The notes beneath the pieces were generated by a model. The model was given only the letters and a program-made list of their open reading frames with translations. It was not told the origin of the DNA and ran no database searches. The position numbers and the translations under genes were made by a program. From NCBI GenBank assembly GCA_022563535.1, contig JADFNE010000020.1, forward strand, positions 4,040-68,039: DNA of 64,000 nt, given 5' to 3'. This stretch comes from Myxococcales bacterium. GTDB lineage: Bacteria > Myxococcota_A > UBA9160 > UBA4427. This document shows positions 10,097 to 17,780 of this stretch, one piece after another; position 1 is the first letter of the stretch, and every line of letters starts with the position of its first letter.

Positions 10097-10112
10097 CGGC
10101 ACGCCCTTTGCA
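10097..10112 (+). promoter_or_regulatory. Sigma-54 (RpoN) type -24/-12 promoter candidate upstream of mpa
   Basis: cGGCACGccctTTGCAt matches the consensus TGGCACG-N4-TTGCW at every position except the first T. GG-to-GC spacing is correct. It lies about 105 nt upstream of the mpa GTG. Confidence 0.45.
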
Positions 10113-10217
10113 TTGGATCTCACCCAGCAGCTTGCCAACCACGCGTTAACCACGCAGTGACGACTACACAGATGTCGGCACTTACGGTTCGGGAACGCTG
10201 GACGAGGAGAGTGCTCA

Positions 10218-12080
10218 GTGAGCGATTATGATTCGGGATCAGGTTCTGGCTCAGGTTCAGGTCGAAAGGGCTTCGTTCGCGATGTAATGCGACGAATATC
10301 GCCCACGGGTTCGCGCTCTGGCGGCGACCCCAATTCGCCATTGGGTGGAGCCGAAGAACGCTCTTTCCAGAGTGAAGTCGAACAACTCCAGGATGCGATC
10401 CGCTTCTTCGGCAGCGACTCTCACGAGTTCCGACAGCGGCTCGATCGCGTTGTCTCCGATTATGAGTCTCTGCGACGGCGCTTCGACTCGTCGCGAGAGC
10501 AGATCCGCGAAGGCGAGACCCAGAACGAGAAGCTCGTCAACATGTTGCAGGAAGCCAAGCAACAGATTGAAGTGCTCAAGGAAGAGGTCGACAAACTCTG
10601 CGCACCGCCCAACACGTACGGTGTGTTTACGCGGCCGAACAAAGACGGAACCGCCGAAATCATCGTGGACGGGCGATCGATGCGCGTCAACGTTCACCCG
10701 AACCTCGATCCTTTCCAGCTCGAAGAAGGGCAGCTGGTTGTTCTGAACGAGGCGTTCAACGTCATCGAGCCGGCGGGCTATACCCAGCGCGGCGAGATTG
10801 CGTCTGTCGTAGAGGTGATTTCCGAGCATCGTTGTCTGGTAACGGGACACATGGATGACGAGCGCGTCGTCACCCTCGCCGAGCCACTCCGCAGCGAGAA
10901 GATCAACGTCGGCGATCACCTGATGATCGACACGCGGACCCAGTACGCCTTTGAAAAGATGCCGAAGTCTTCGGTCGAAGAGGTCATGCTGGAAGAGATT
11001 CCGGACGTTTCCTACGAAGAGATCGGTGGGCTCGGGGATCAGATCGAAGTCCTGCGCGACTCGGTGGAACTTCCTTACCTGTACCCCGAGATCTTTGCCG
11101 AGTTCGAGCTCAAGCCGCCGAAGGGGATCTTGCTCTACGGCCCGCCCGGTTGTGGCAAGACCATGATTGCGAAAGCGGTTGCCAACAGTCTTGCGCGCAA
11201 GATGGCGGAACGCACCGGTGAAACGACAACCGCCTACTTCCTCAACGTCAAGGGGCCGGAGCTGTTGAACAAGTACGTCGGCGAAACCGAAAGCAAGTTG
11301 CGCGAGGTCTTCAAGAAGGCCCGGGAAAAGGCGGCCGGTGCCAAGGTGCCCGTGGTGATCTTCTTTGATGAAATGGACTCGCTCTTCCGCATGCGGGGGT
11401 CGGGCATTTCCTCGGACATGGAAGCTACGGTTGTTGCCCAGTTCCTGTCGGAGATCGACGGCGTCGAGTCACTCGAGAACGTGATCGTGATCGGGGCGAG
11501 TAACCGCCAGGATCTGATCGACCCCGCCGTGTTGCGGCCAGGTCGCCTGGATCTCAAGGTCAAGGTGAGTCGCCCGGACGAAAAAGCCGCAAGGGAGATC
11601 TTCTCCAAGTACCTGACGGACAAACTGCCTATCGACCCGGAAGCGGTTGAAAAAGCGGATAGTGCTCAGGACGCTTGCGCCAAGATGATCGATGACCTGA
11701 TCAAGAAGATGTACTCGACCGGCGACGATAATAAGTTCCTCGAAGTCACCTACGCCAAGGGCGAGCGCGAGATCTTCTACTTCAAGGACTTCAGCAGTGG
11801 TGCGATGATCCAGAACATTGTTGCCCGGGCCAAGCGCAAGGCAGTCAAGCGGGCGATCGCGGGCGAGGTCCACGGCATCACCGCCGACGACTTGATGCTC
11901 TCGGTTTCTGAAGAATTCAAGGAGAACGAAGATCTCCCGAACACCACCAACCCAGACGATTGGGCGCGAATTTCCGGTCGCAAGGGTGAGCGAATCATCA
12001 ATGTCCGCACCTTGATTACTGGACTGGAACGCAAGGAGGCTACGATCGAGACCGTCCCAGGCTCAGGACAGTATCTCTGA
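10218..12080 (+). CDS. mpa: Proteasome-associated AAA+ ATPase Mpa/ARC
   Basis: GAGGAG SD 8 nt before the GTG. N-terminal coiled coil (EVEQLQDAIRFF...EVLKEEVDKL). Walker A GPPGCGKT, Walker B VVIFFDEMD. C-terminus ...GSGQYL, the GQYL proteasome-docking tail of Mpa. Confidence 0.95.
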   Translation: MSDYDSGSGSGSGSGRKGFVRDVMRRISPTGSRSGGDPNSPLGGAEERSFQSEVEQLQDAIRFFGSDSHEFRQRLDRVVSDYESLRRRFDSSREQIREGETQNEKLVNMLQEAKQQIEVLKEEVDKLCAPPNTYGVFTRPNKDGTAEIIVDGRSMRVNVHPNLDPFQLEEGQLVVLNEAFNVIEPAGYTQRGEIASVVEVISEHRCLVTGHMDDERVVTLAEPLRSEKINVGDHLMIDTRTQYAFEKMPKSSVEEVMLEEIPDVSYEEIGGLGDQIEVLRDSVELPYLYPEIFAEFELKPPKGILLYGPPGCGKTMIAKAVANSLARKMAERTGETTTAYFLNVKGPELLNKYVGETESKLREVFKKAREKAAGAKVPVVIFFDEMDSLFRMRGSGISSDMEATVVAQFLSEIDGVESLENVIVIGASNRQDLIDPAVLRPGRLDLKVKVSRPDEKAAREIFSKYLTDKLPIDPEAVEKADSAQDACAKMIDDLIKKMYSTGDDNKFLEVTYAKGEREIFYFKDFSSGAMIQNIVARAKRKAVKRAIAGEVHGITADDLMLSVSEEFKENEDLPNTTNPDDWARISGRKGERIINVRTLITGLERKEATIETVPGSGQYL

Positions 12081-12153
12081 GTCTGTGTTGCTCGTAGTAG
12101 GGATGTGCTGGTGAGAGAGCTTCATCTGCAAACCTTCGATCGGTGGATGAAGC

Positions 12154-13638
12154 ATGGCAACGCAGACCGTCATGGGGACAGAAATCGAATACGGGATCAC
12201 CGTCAAAAATGACCCCGATTTCGACCCGATCTCTAGCTGTGTCCTTCTGGTGAACGCCTACCGGGAGGACCCTGCTGGCGAGATTCTCTGGGACTACGAC
12301 CAGGAAAACCCACTCGCTGATGCCCGGGGGTTCCAGGTCGACGGCGAAAAGTACACGCCCAACCAGCAAGAAAATATCGCCCGCAACAAGACCCTGATCA
12401 ACGGCGCGCGCTACTACGTTGATCACGCCCATCCCGAGTATTCGAGTCCAGAAGTTACGAATGCCCGGGATCTCGTGATCCACGAAAAGGCCGGCGAGCG
12501 AGTGATCGAAGTGAGTCGCCGCGAGGCCAATTCGTTGTTGCCCGACGGCGCGAACATGCTCATCTACAAAAACAACAGCGATCGCAAGGGCAACAGCTAC
12601 GGCTGCCACGAAAACTATTTGATGGACCGACAGACGCCTTTCAAGCGGATCGTCGAACATCTGATGCCGTTCTTCGTGACGCGACAGGTATACGCCGGGG
12701 CAGGCAAAGTAGGCAGCGAGAACCGATCCCAGCCCTGCGACTACCAGATATCACAACGTGCGGACTTCTTCGAGGTCGAGGTCGCCCTGGACACCATGGT
12801 CAAGCGGCCCATCATCAACACGCGTGATGAGCCCCATGCCGATCGTGAGAAATACCGAAGACTTCACGTGATCATGGGCGACTCGAACATGAACGAGTAC
12901 ACGATCTACCTGCGCAACGGCGTAACCGCTCTTGTGGTCTCGATGATCGAAGACGGTGCGGTGCCAGACGGGCTGATCTTGCGAGATCCGGTCCGGGCCA
13001 TCAAGCAGGTATCCCACGATCCGAGCTGCAAGGTCGAACTGGCCATGGCAAACGGGAAAAAGATGACTGCCGTGCAGCTACAGTCCGAATATCTCGAGAG
13101 TGCGTTGCGATATACCACCGGTCGCACGATGGATCCGGTCGTCATGGACGTGCTCGAAAAGTGGCAGTACGTGCTAGAAGCTCTGGCACGTGATCCGATG
13201 GATCTCACACGTGAAATCGACTGGATCAGCAAAAAGGCGCTGATCGAGAGTTTCATGGAGCGAAAGAAACTCGATTGGCGAGACGCTCAGGTCCAAATGC
13301 TCGACCTGCAATATCATGATTCACGCCCAGAAAAAGGGCTGTATCACATGCTCGAGCGGCAAGGACGGGTCGAGCGCATTGTTACCGATGAAGAAATCGC
13401 CGCCGCGGTACACCAGCCACCCGAGGATACCCGGGCATATTTTCGCGGAGAGTGCCTGAGGCGCTACCCTACTGAAGTGTTTGGAGTGAATTGGGATTCG
13501 ATCTCGTTCGGTGTCGAGGATCAGCCGGTGAAGCGGATCATGATGTCCGAGCCGCTAAAGGGAACGCGCGCCCACGTAGAAGAGCTCCTGGACAGTGCGG
13601 ACAAAGCATCGGATTTGGTGCGAATGCTTCGTGCGTAG
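12154..13638 (+). CDS. dop: Pup deamidase/depupylase Dop
   Basis: MGTEIEYGI.., NGARYYVDHAHPEYSSPE, GNSYGCHENYLM, INTRDEPHAD..YRRLHVI, YFRGECLRRY. It is longer than the paralog at 15588, carries an extra segment after roughly residue 40, and is encoded next to pup. Confidence 0.9.
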   Translation: MATQTVMGTEIEYGITVKNDPDFDPISSCVLLVNAYREDPAGEILWDYDQENPLADARGFQVDGEKYTPNQQENIARNKTLINGARYYVDHAHPEYSSPEVTNARDLVIHEKAGERVIEVSRREANSLLPDGANMLIYKNNSDRKGNSYGCHENYLMDRQTPFKRIVEHLMPFFVTRQVYAGAGKVGSENRSQPCDYQISQRADFFEVEVALDTMVKRPIINTRDEPHADREKYRRLHVIMGDSNMNEYTIYLRNGVTALVVSMIEDGAVPDGLILRDPVRAIKQVSHDPSCKVELAMANGKKMTAVQLQSEYLESALRYTTGRTMDPVVMDVLEKWQYVLEALARDPMDLTREIDWISKKALIESFMERKKLDWRDAQVQMLDLQYHDSRPEKGLYHMLERQGRVERIVTDEEIAAAVHQPPEDTRAYFRGECLRRYPTEVFGVNWDSISFGVEDQPVKRIMMSEPLKGTRAHVEELLDSADKASDLVRMLRA

Positions 13639-13674
13639 TTGGGAATAGTTGGGAATAGTTGGTGTAGTCGGGTA
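13636..13674. repeat. Four tandem 9-10 bp units TAGTTGGGAA TAGTTGGGAA TAGTTGGTG TAGTCGGGTA, starting at the dop stop codon
   Basis: Read directly from the sequence. Confidence 0.75.
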
Positions 13675-13715
13675 CTGGAACTTCGATGAACGAACCACAA
13701 GCAAGGAACGGAAAC

Positions 13716-13988
13716 ATGGCTGTATTTATGACGAAGATCGGTGGCAACACGGCAAGCCGGCATCCCATCATCATGGCTGCGGAGAGTGGGCAGAAGCAGA
13801 AGAAGGGCGGCGGTGGCGGCGACGGCGATGGCGACGCTCCCGAGGCCAAGGGCGGCAGCAAGAAGATCGCCAAGAAGGGCAAGGATCTGAAAGAGGAAAT
13901 GGATGCTCTGGTGGAGGATATCGATGCCGTGCTCGAAGAGAACGCCGAGGAGTTCGTAAAGAATTACGTCCAGCGCGGAGGGCAATAG
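13716..13988 (+). CDS. pup: Prokaryotic ubiquitin-like protein Pup
   Basis: C-terminal half DALVEDIDAVLEENAEEFVKNYVQRGGQ is near-identical to the mycobacterial Pup C-terminus and ends GGQ. Gly/Asp-rich disordered N-terminal part. The start is ambiguous: ATG 13716 has an AAGGAA SD, ATG 13773 gives a canonical ~71-aa Pup (MAAESGQKQKKGGGGGDGD..), and 13686 is the longest ORF. Confidence 0.9.
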   Translation: MAVFMTKIGGNTASRHPIIMAAESGQKQKKGGGGGDGDGDAPEAKGGSKKIAKKGKDLKEEMDALVEDIDAVLEENAEEFVKNYVQRGGQ

Positions 13989-14027
13989 CCGCCAGCGTTG
14001 GCTCACTCTGAAACCAGATAGGGGGGA

Positions 14028-14831
14028 TTGGTGCTCATCAGAGGTACGTATCAAGGGTCGAGTTTTTGGGAGTATCTGCAGGCTGACCAGCCAGCGCTAC
14101 TACCAGACTTTTCACCGTGGGACAGTTCTTCGGAAGCCAGTATTCCGCATGGGACGACCGTGTTGGCGTTCAAGTATGTGGACGGTGTCCTGGTTGCTGG
14201 CGACCGATTGGCGACCGAGGGACATCGCGTTGCTTCACGTGACGTCGAAAAAGTCTTTACGACCGACTCACATTCACTGATGGCAATTTCAGGTGCCGCG
14301 GGTCCGTGCATCGAGATGGGCAAGATTCTCTCGGTCGAGCTCGAACACTACGAGAAGATCGAGGGTGAGGCCCTGGAACTCGAGGGCAAGGCGAACAAGC
14401 TCGGCCAGATGATCCGCCAAAACCTTCCGGCAGCGATGCAGGGCCTGGTCGTGGTTCCGTTGTTTGCTGGATACGACTTGAGACGCAACGCCGGACGCCT
14501 CTGGAAGTACGACATTACCGGCGGGCGCTACGAAGAGACCGAGTTCGAGGCCACGGGCTCCGGCGGGCTGTACGCCAACGAATCTCTGAGGAAAAGTTGG
14601 CGCGCGGACCTGACCGCCGATGAGGCGATCGCCGTCACGGTAACGGCACTCACGGATGCCGCGGATCAAGACCGCGCGACCGGGGGCGTGGATCTCCAGC
14701 GAAGGATCTTTCCCATCATATGCCTGGCGACCGAGGAGCGCATTCGGCGCGTAGAAGATCATGAGATCGAGAGAATCTATCGCGCTCTGGTCGAAGAGCG
14801 GACGGTTGCCGCCGGAGGAAACAGCCGATGA
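14028..14831 (+). CDS. prcB: 20S proteasome beta subunit PrcB
   Basis: Propeptide followed by a G/T junction, ...SIPHG-TTVLAFKYVDGVLVAGDRLATEG (Ntn-hydrolase Thr1). Confidence 0.95.
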   Translation: MVLIRGTYQGSSFWEYLQADQPALLPDFSPWDSSSEASIPHGTTVLAFKYVDGVLVAGDRLATEGHRVASRDVEKVFTTDSHSLMAISGAAGPCIEMGKILSVELEHYEKIEGEALELEGKANKLGQMIRQNLPAAMQGLVVVPLFAGYDLRRNAGRLWKYDITGGRYEETEFEATGSGGLYANESLRKSWRADLTADEAIAVTVTALTDAADQDRATGGVDLQRRIFPIICLATEERIRRVEDHEIERIYRALVEERTVAAGGNSR

Positions 14832-15526
14832 CAATGCCATTCTACGTATCACCTGAACAGGTGATGGCCGACAAGGCCGAATTTGCCCGCAAGGGGATCG
14901 CGCGGGGCAAGTCCATCGTGGCCCTCGAATACGACACCGGTGTGCTCCTGATCGCGGAGAATGCGACCAGCCTTTCGAAGGTTGGCGAAATCTACGACCG
15001 CATCGCCTTCGCGGGCGTTGGCAAGTTCAGCGAGTTCGACATGCTTCGGAAGATTGGCGTGCGTTTTGCCGATTCGCGCGGGTACGCCTACAGCCGGGAG
15101 GATGTTCGCGGCAAGGCGCTGGCCAACGCCTACTCCCAGGCGGTCGGCGAGGCATTCACCCGTGAGATGAAACCGCTCGAAGTCGAACTGATCGTGGCCG
15201 AAGTCGGAGACGACAGCCTGGTGGGACATGAACACAATTGTCTGTACCGCGTGAAGTTCGACGGCTTCATCAGCGATCACAAGGGATTTTGTGTGATCGG
15301 GGGTAACGTCGATGATGTCCAAAGCGTATTGGAAGGCGACTATCGGGAAGGCATGACCCAAGGGGAAGTCGTAAATTTGGGGCTGAAGGCCCTCACGCGT
15401 GGGGCCAGCGACAACAGCACCCTCGATGCGACCACCCTGGAAGTCTGTATCTTGGATCGAACCCGCACCGGGCGCAAGTTTACTCGCCTGTCGGCCGATA
15501 TAGTACAGACTATGCTAGGCGAGTAG
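14828..15526 (+). CDS. prcA: 20S proteasome alpha subunit PrcA
   Basis: ATGA overlap with prcB. The N-terminus MTMPFYVSPEQVMADKAEFARKGIARGKS is characteristic of bacterial PrcA. Confidence 0.95.
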   Translation: MTMPFYVSPEQVMADKAEFARKGIARGKSIVALEYDTGVLLIAENATSLSKVGEIYDRIAFAGVGKFSEFDMLRKIGVRFADSRGYAYSREDVRGKALANAYSQAVGEAFTREMKPLEVELIVAEVGDDSLVGHEHNCLYRVKFDGFISDHKGFCVIGGNVDDVQSVLEGDYREGMTQGEVVNLGLKALTRGASDNSTLDATTLEVCILDRTRTGRKFTRLSADIVQTMLGE

Positions 15527-15587
15527 GTGAGCATTCGGCCCGCCTAGTTCGTCCAATGGCGAAATGAGTCGTCGGTAGCGAGAGCGA

Positions 15588-16994
15588 GTGCAGAAGCGAA
15601 TCTACGGGATAGAAACGGAGTACGGAATCATCTTTACGCCGGAAGGGCGCAAGACCCTGCCGGTGGAAAAGGCGATCCGATTTCTATTCGAGAAGCTGAT
15701 CACCACCGAGCATTTTCTAAACGTCTTCCTGGAAAATGGCGCGAGGTTCTACCAGGACACGGGATGCCATCCCGAGTACGCCACACCCGAATGTTCCTCT
15801 CCGAGACAGGTCGCGATGTACGACCGGGCGGGTGAGCGGATCCTCGAAGACCTCCAGAACTACGCCGAAGAAAAGATTCGCGAAGAGCGTATCCCGGGCA
15901 AGCTCTCGATCTTCAAGAACAATACGGACTTCGTCGGCAACAGCTATGGCTGCCACGAGAACTACCTCGTGGATCGAGATGTCGATTTCTACTATCTCGC
16001 CGAACAGTTGATCCCGTTCCTGGTGACCCGCCAGATCTTCACCGGGGCCGGCAAGGTATTTCAGACCCAGGACGGTGTGCACTACTGCGTGAGCCAGCGT
16101 GCGCAGCACATCTATCAGAAGATTTCGGGCACCACGACCAATGATCGCTCGATCATCAACACCCGGGACGAACCCCACGCGGATCGCGAAAAGTATCGCC
16201 GCCTGCACGTGATCGTGGGCGATTCGAACATGAGCGGGTACACGAACTTCTTGAAGGTCGCGACCTGCTCGATCGTCTTGCAGATGATCGAAGACAACTT
16301 CATCAACAAGGACTTCACGCTGCGCAACCCCGTGAAGGCCATCAAGGACATCACCTACGACGTCACCTGCAAGCGGAAACTTCGCCTCGACAACGGACGA
16401 GAATGTTCGCCCATCGACATCCAGCGCGAATACTGCGAGATGGCTCAGAAGTACTGTGAGCAGTACCCCGTCGACGACGAGCACAAAGACGCCGTAACGA
16501 AATGGCAGTATGTCCTCGATTGTCTGGCGGACGATCCGCGCAAGCTCGACCGCCAAGTCGACTGGGTGATCAAGCGACGCATGATCGAGGCCTATATCGA
16601 CAAAACGGGATGTTCCTGGAACGATCCGAAGGTCTTCATGATGGATCTGCAGTACCACGACATCCAGCGCAAGCGGAGCCTGTACTATCTGCTCGAGCGC
16701 GCCGGTGCCGTCGAGCGGGAGTTTACCGACGAAGACGTCGAGAAGGCCAAGGATACGCCGCCTCCGGATACGCGCGCGCGCATGCGAGGTGAGTTCATCA
16801 AACTGGCCCGTGAGCATTCGATCCAGTACGACCTCGACTGGTCGAACATCAGGCTGGGCAACCTGCTCAACGTCAGGGTGATCTGCAACAACCCCTTCGA
16901 AAACGACATCGAGAAGGTAGCTGAGCTCGTGCGCACCATTCAGAAGACGAACCTGCGCAAGACCAGCCTTTCGAAACTCGTCATCCAGTCCTGA
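15588..16994 (+). CDS. pafA: Pup-protein ligase PafA
   Basis: MQKRIYGIETEYGIIF.., NGARFYQDTGCHPEYATPECSS, GNSYGCHENYLV, INTRDEPHADREKYRRLHVI. It lacks the Dop-type insertion. Confidence 0.9.
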   Translation: MQKRIYGIETEYGIIFTPEGRKTLPVEKAIRFLFEKLITTEHFLNVFLENGARFYQDTGCHPEYATPECSSPRQVAMYDRAGERILEDLQNYAEEKIREERIPGKLSIFKNNTDFVGNSYGCHENYLVDRDVDFYYLAEQLIPFLVTRQIFTGAGKVFQTQDGVHYCVSQRAQHIYQKISGTTTNDRSIINTRDEPHADREKYRRLHVIVGDSNMSGYTNFLKVATCSIVLQMIEDNFINKDFTLRNPVKAIKDITYDVTCKRKLRLDNGRECSPIDIQREYCEMAQKYCEQYPVDDEHKDAVTKWQYVLDCLADDPRKLDRQVDWVIKRRMIEAYIDKTGCSWNDPKVFMMDLQYHDIQRKRSLYYLLERAGAVEREFTDEDVEKAKDTPPPDTRARMRGEFIKLAREHSIQYDLDWSNIRLGNLLNVRVICNNPFENDIEKVAELVRTIQKTNLRKTSLSKLVIQS

Positions 16995-17129
16995 CACGCC
17001 GGGACCTCCCGGGGCTTGATCTCCGACCCTGGGGGTGTTCGCGAAGAGGCGCTGTCGCGCTAACTTCAGCCCGCGCAGTCGCGTTAGCGTCACAGACCCG
17101 ATCGACGCATCGGCTAGCGCCCGACAGGA

Positions 17130-17585
17130 GTGGCGACCCACATGGTCCGACCCGTGCTCGTACCCGACTCCGTACCAGCAGAACTGAACGCACCCGAATC
17201 CGGGGATGCTTCCGAATCGATCTCACCCGAGCCGCAATCCCCACAACCGGCCGGATCGAGCACGAATTCCGAAGCCCGAAAAAACAGCCGTGTGCTCGTT
17301 GTCGTATTGGCGATTGCGCTGTTGGCAACAGGGTTGGCCCTGGTCGAGCAATCCCGCAGGGCGGCGTTGCTGGAGAGTGAAATTGTGGTGCTCGAAGCCG
17401 AAGTTACAGCGGCAGCGTCCGCGGTAGAGGCCTATCAGATTCGCTTTGAGCAGGTGCGGGGTGAGGTGGGCGCCCTGGTGTCGAGAGTTGGGGCGCTGCG
17501 TAGTCTGGTGGAGCCTGACGTGGTTCCAGCGGGCTTGTCGGGCAGCGAAAGCGTTGTTGCCCCGGAACCCGCTTCCAGCGACTAG
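17130..17585 (+). CDS. Hypothetical bitopic membrane protein with a coiled-coil ectodomain
   Basis: Pro/Ser-rich N-terminus, one TM helix (VLVVVLAIALLATGLALV), then heptad-like LLESEIVVLEAEVTAAASAVEAYQIRFEQVRGEVGALVSRV. No family recognised. Alternative ATG at 17142. Confidence 0.5.
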   Translation: MATHMVRPVLVPDSVPAELNAPESGDASESISPEPQSPQPAGSSTNSEARKNSRVLVVVLAIALLATGLALVEQSRRAALLESEIVVLEAEVTAAASAVEAYQIRFEQVRGEVGALVSRVGALRSLVEPDVVPAGLSGSESVVAPEPASSD

Positions 17586-17780
17586 AACACCCACTCAAGA
17601 GCTCTCAACAAGATCGATCTTCTCGGATCTGACGGCTGTGTGACGGGCGGTCACGTTCGGATTCAAAAGATCCTTGTCCGACGCAGTTTTGCCTCAATCC
17701 CTGCGTGTCCATGTCCGATAGGCCTTTCAGAATGGTTACAGCTGCGCCCCCCAGCTCGTACTCTCACAAGGACGGCCCAC

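Noticed and set aside
10067-10160. Possible tmRNA tag-like reading frame (ggcaatgacgag...gcagct)
   Set aside because: No ALAA-stop ending, and no tRNA-like acceptor/T-arm ends flanking it.
15717-17141. 474-aa ORF on the minus strand, opposite pafA
   Set aside because: It is antisense to a gene with unmistakable PafA motifs. Its translation is Arg/Val/Leu/Gly-rich low-information sequence, typical of stop-poor antisense frames in GC-rich DNA.
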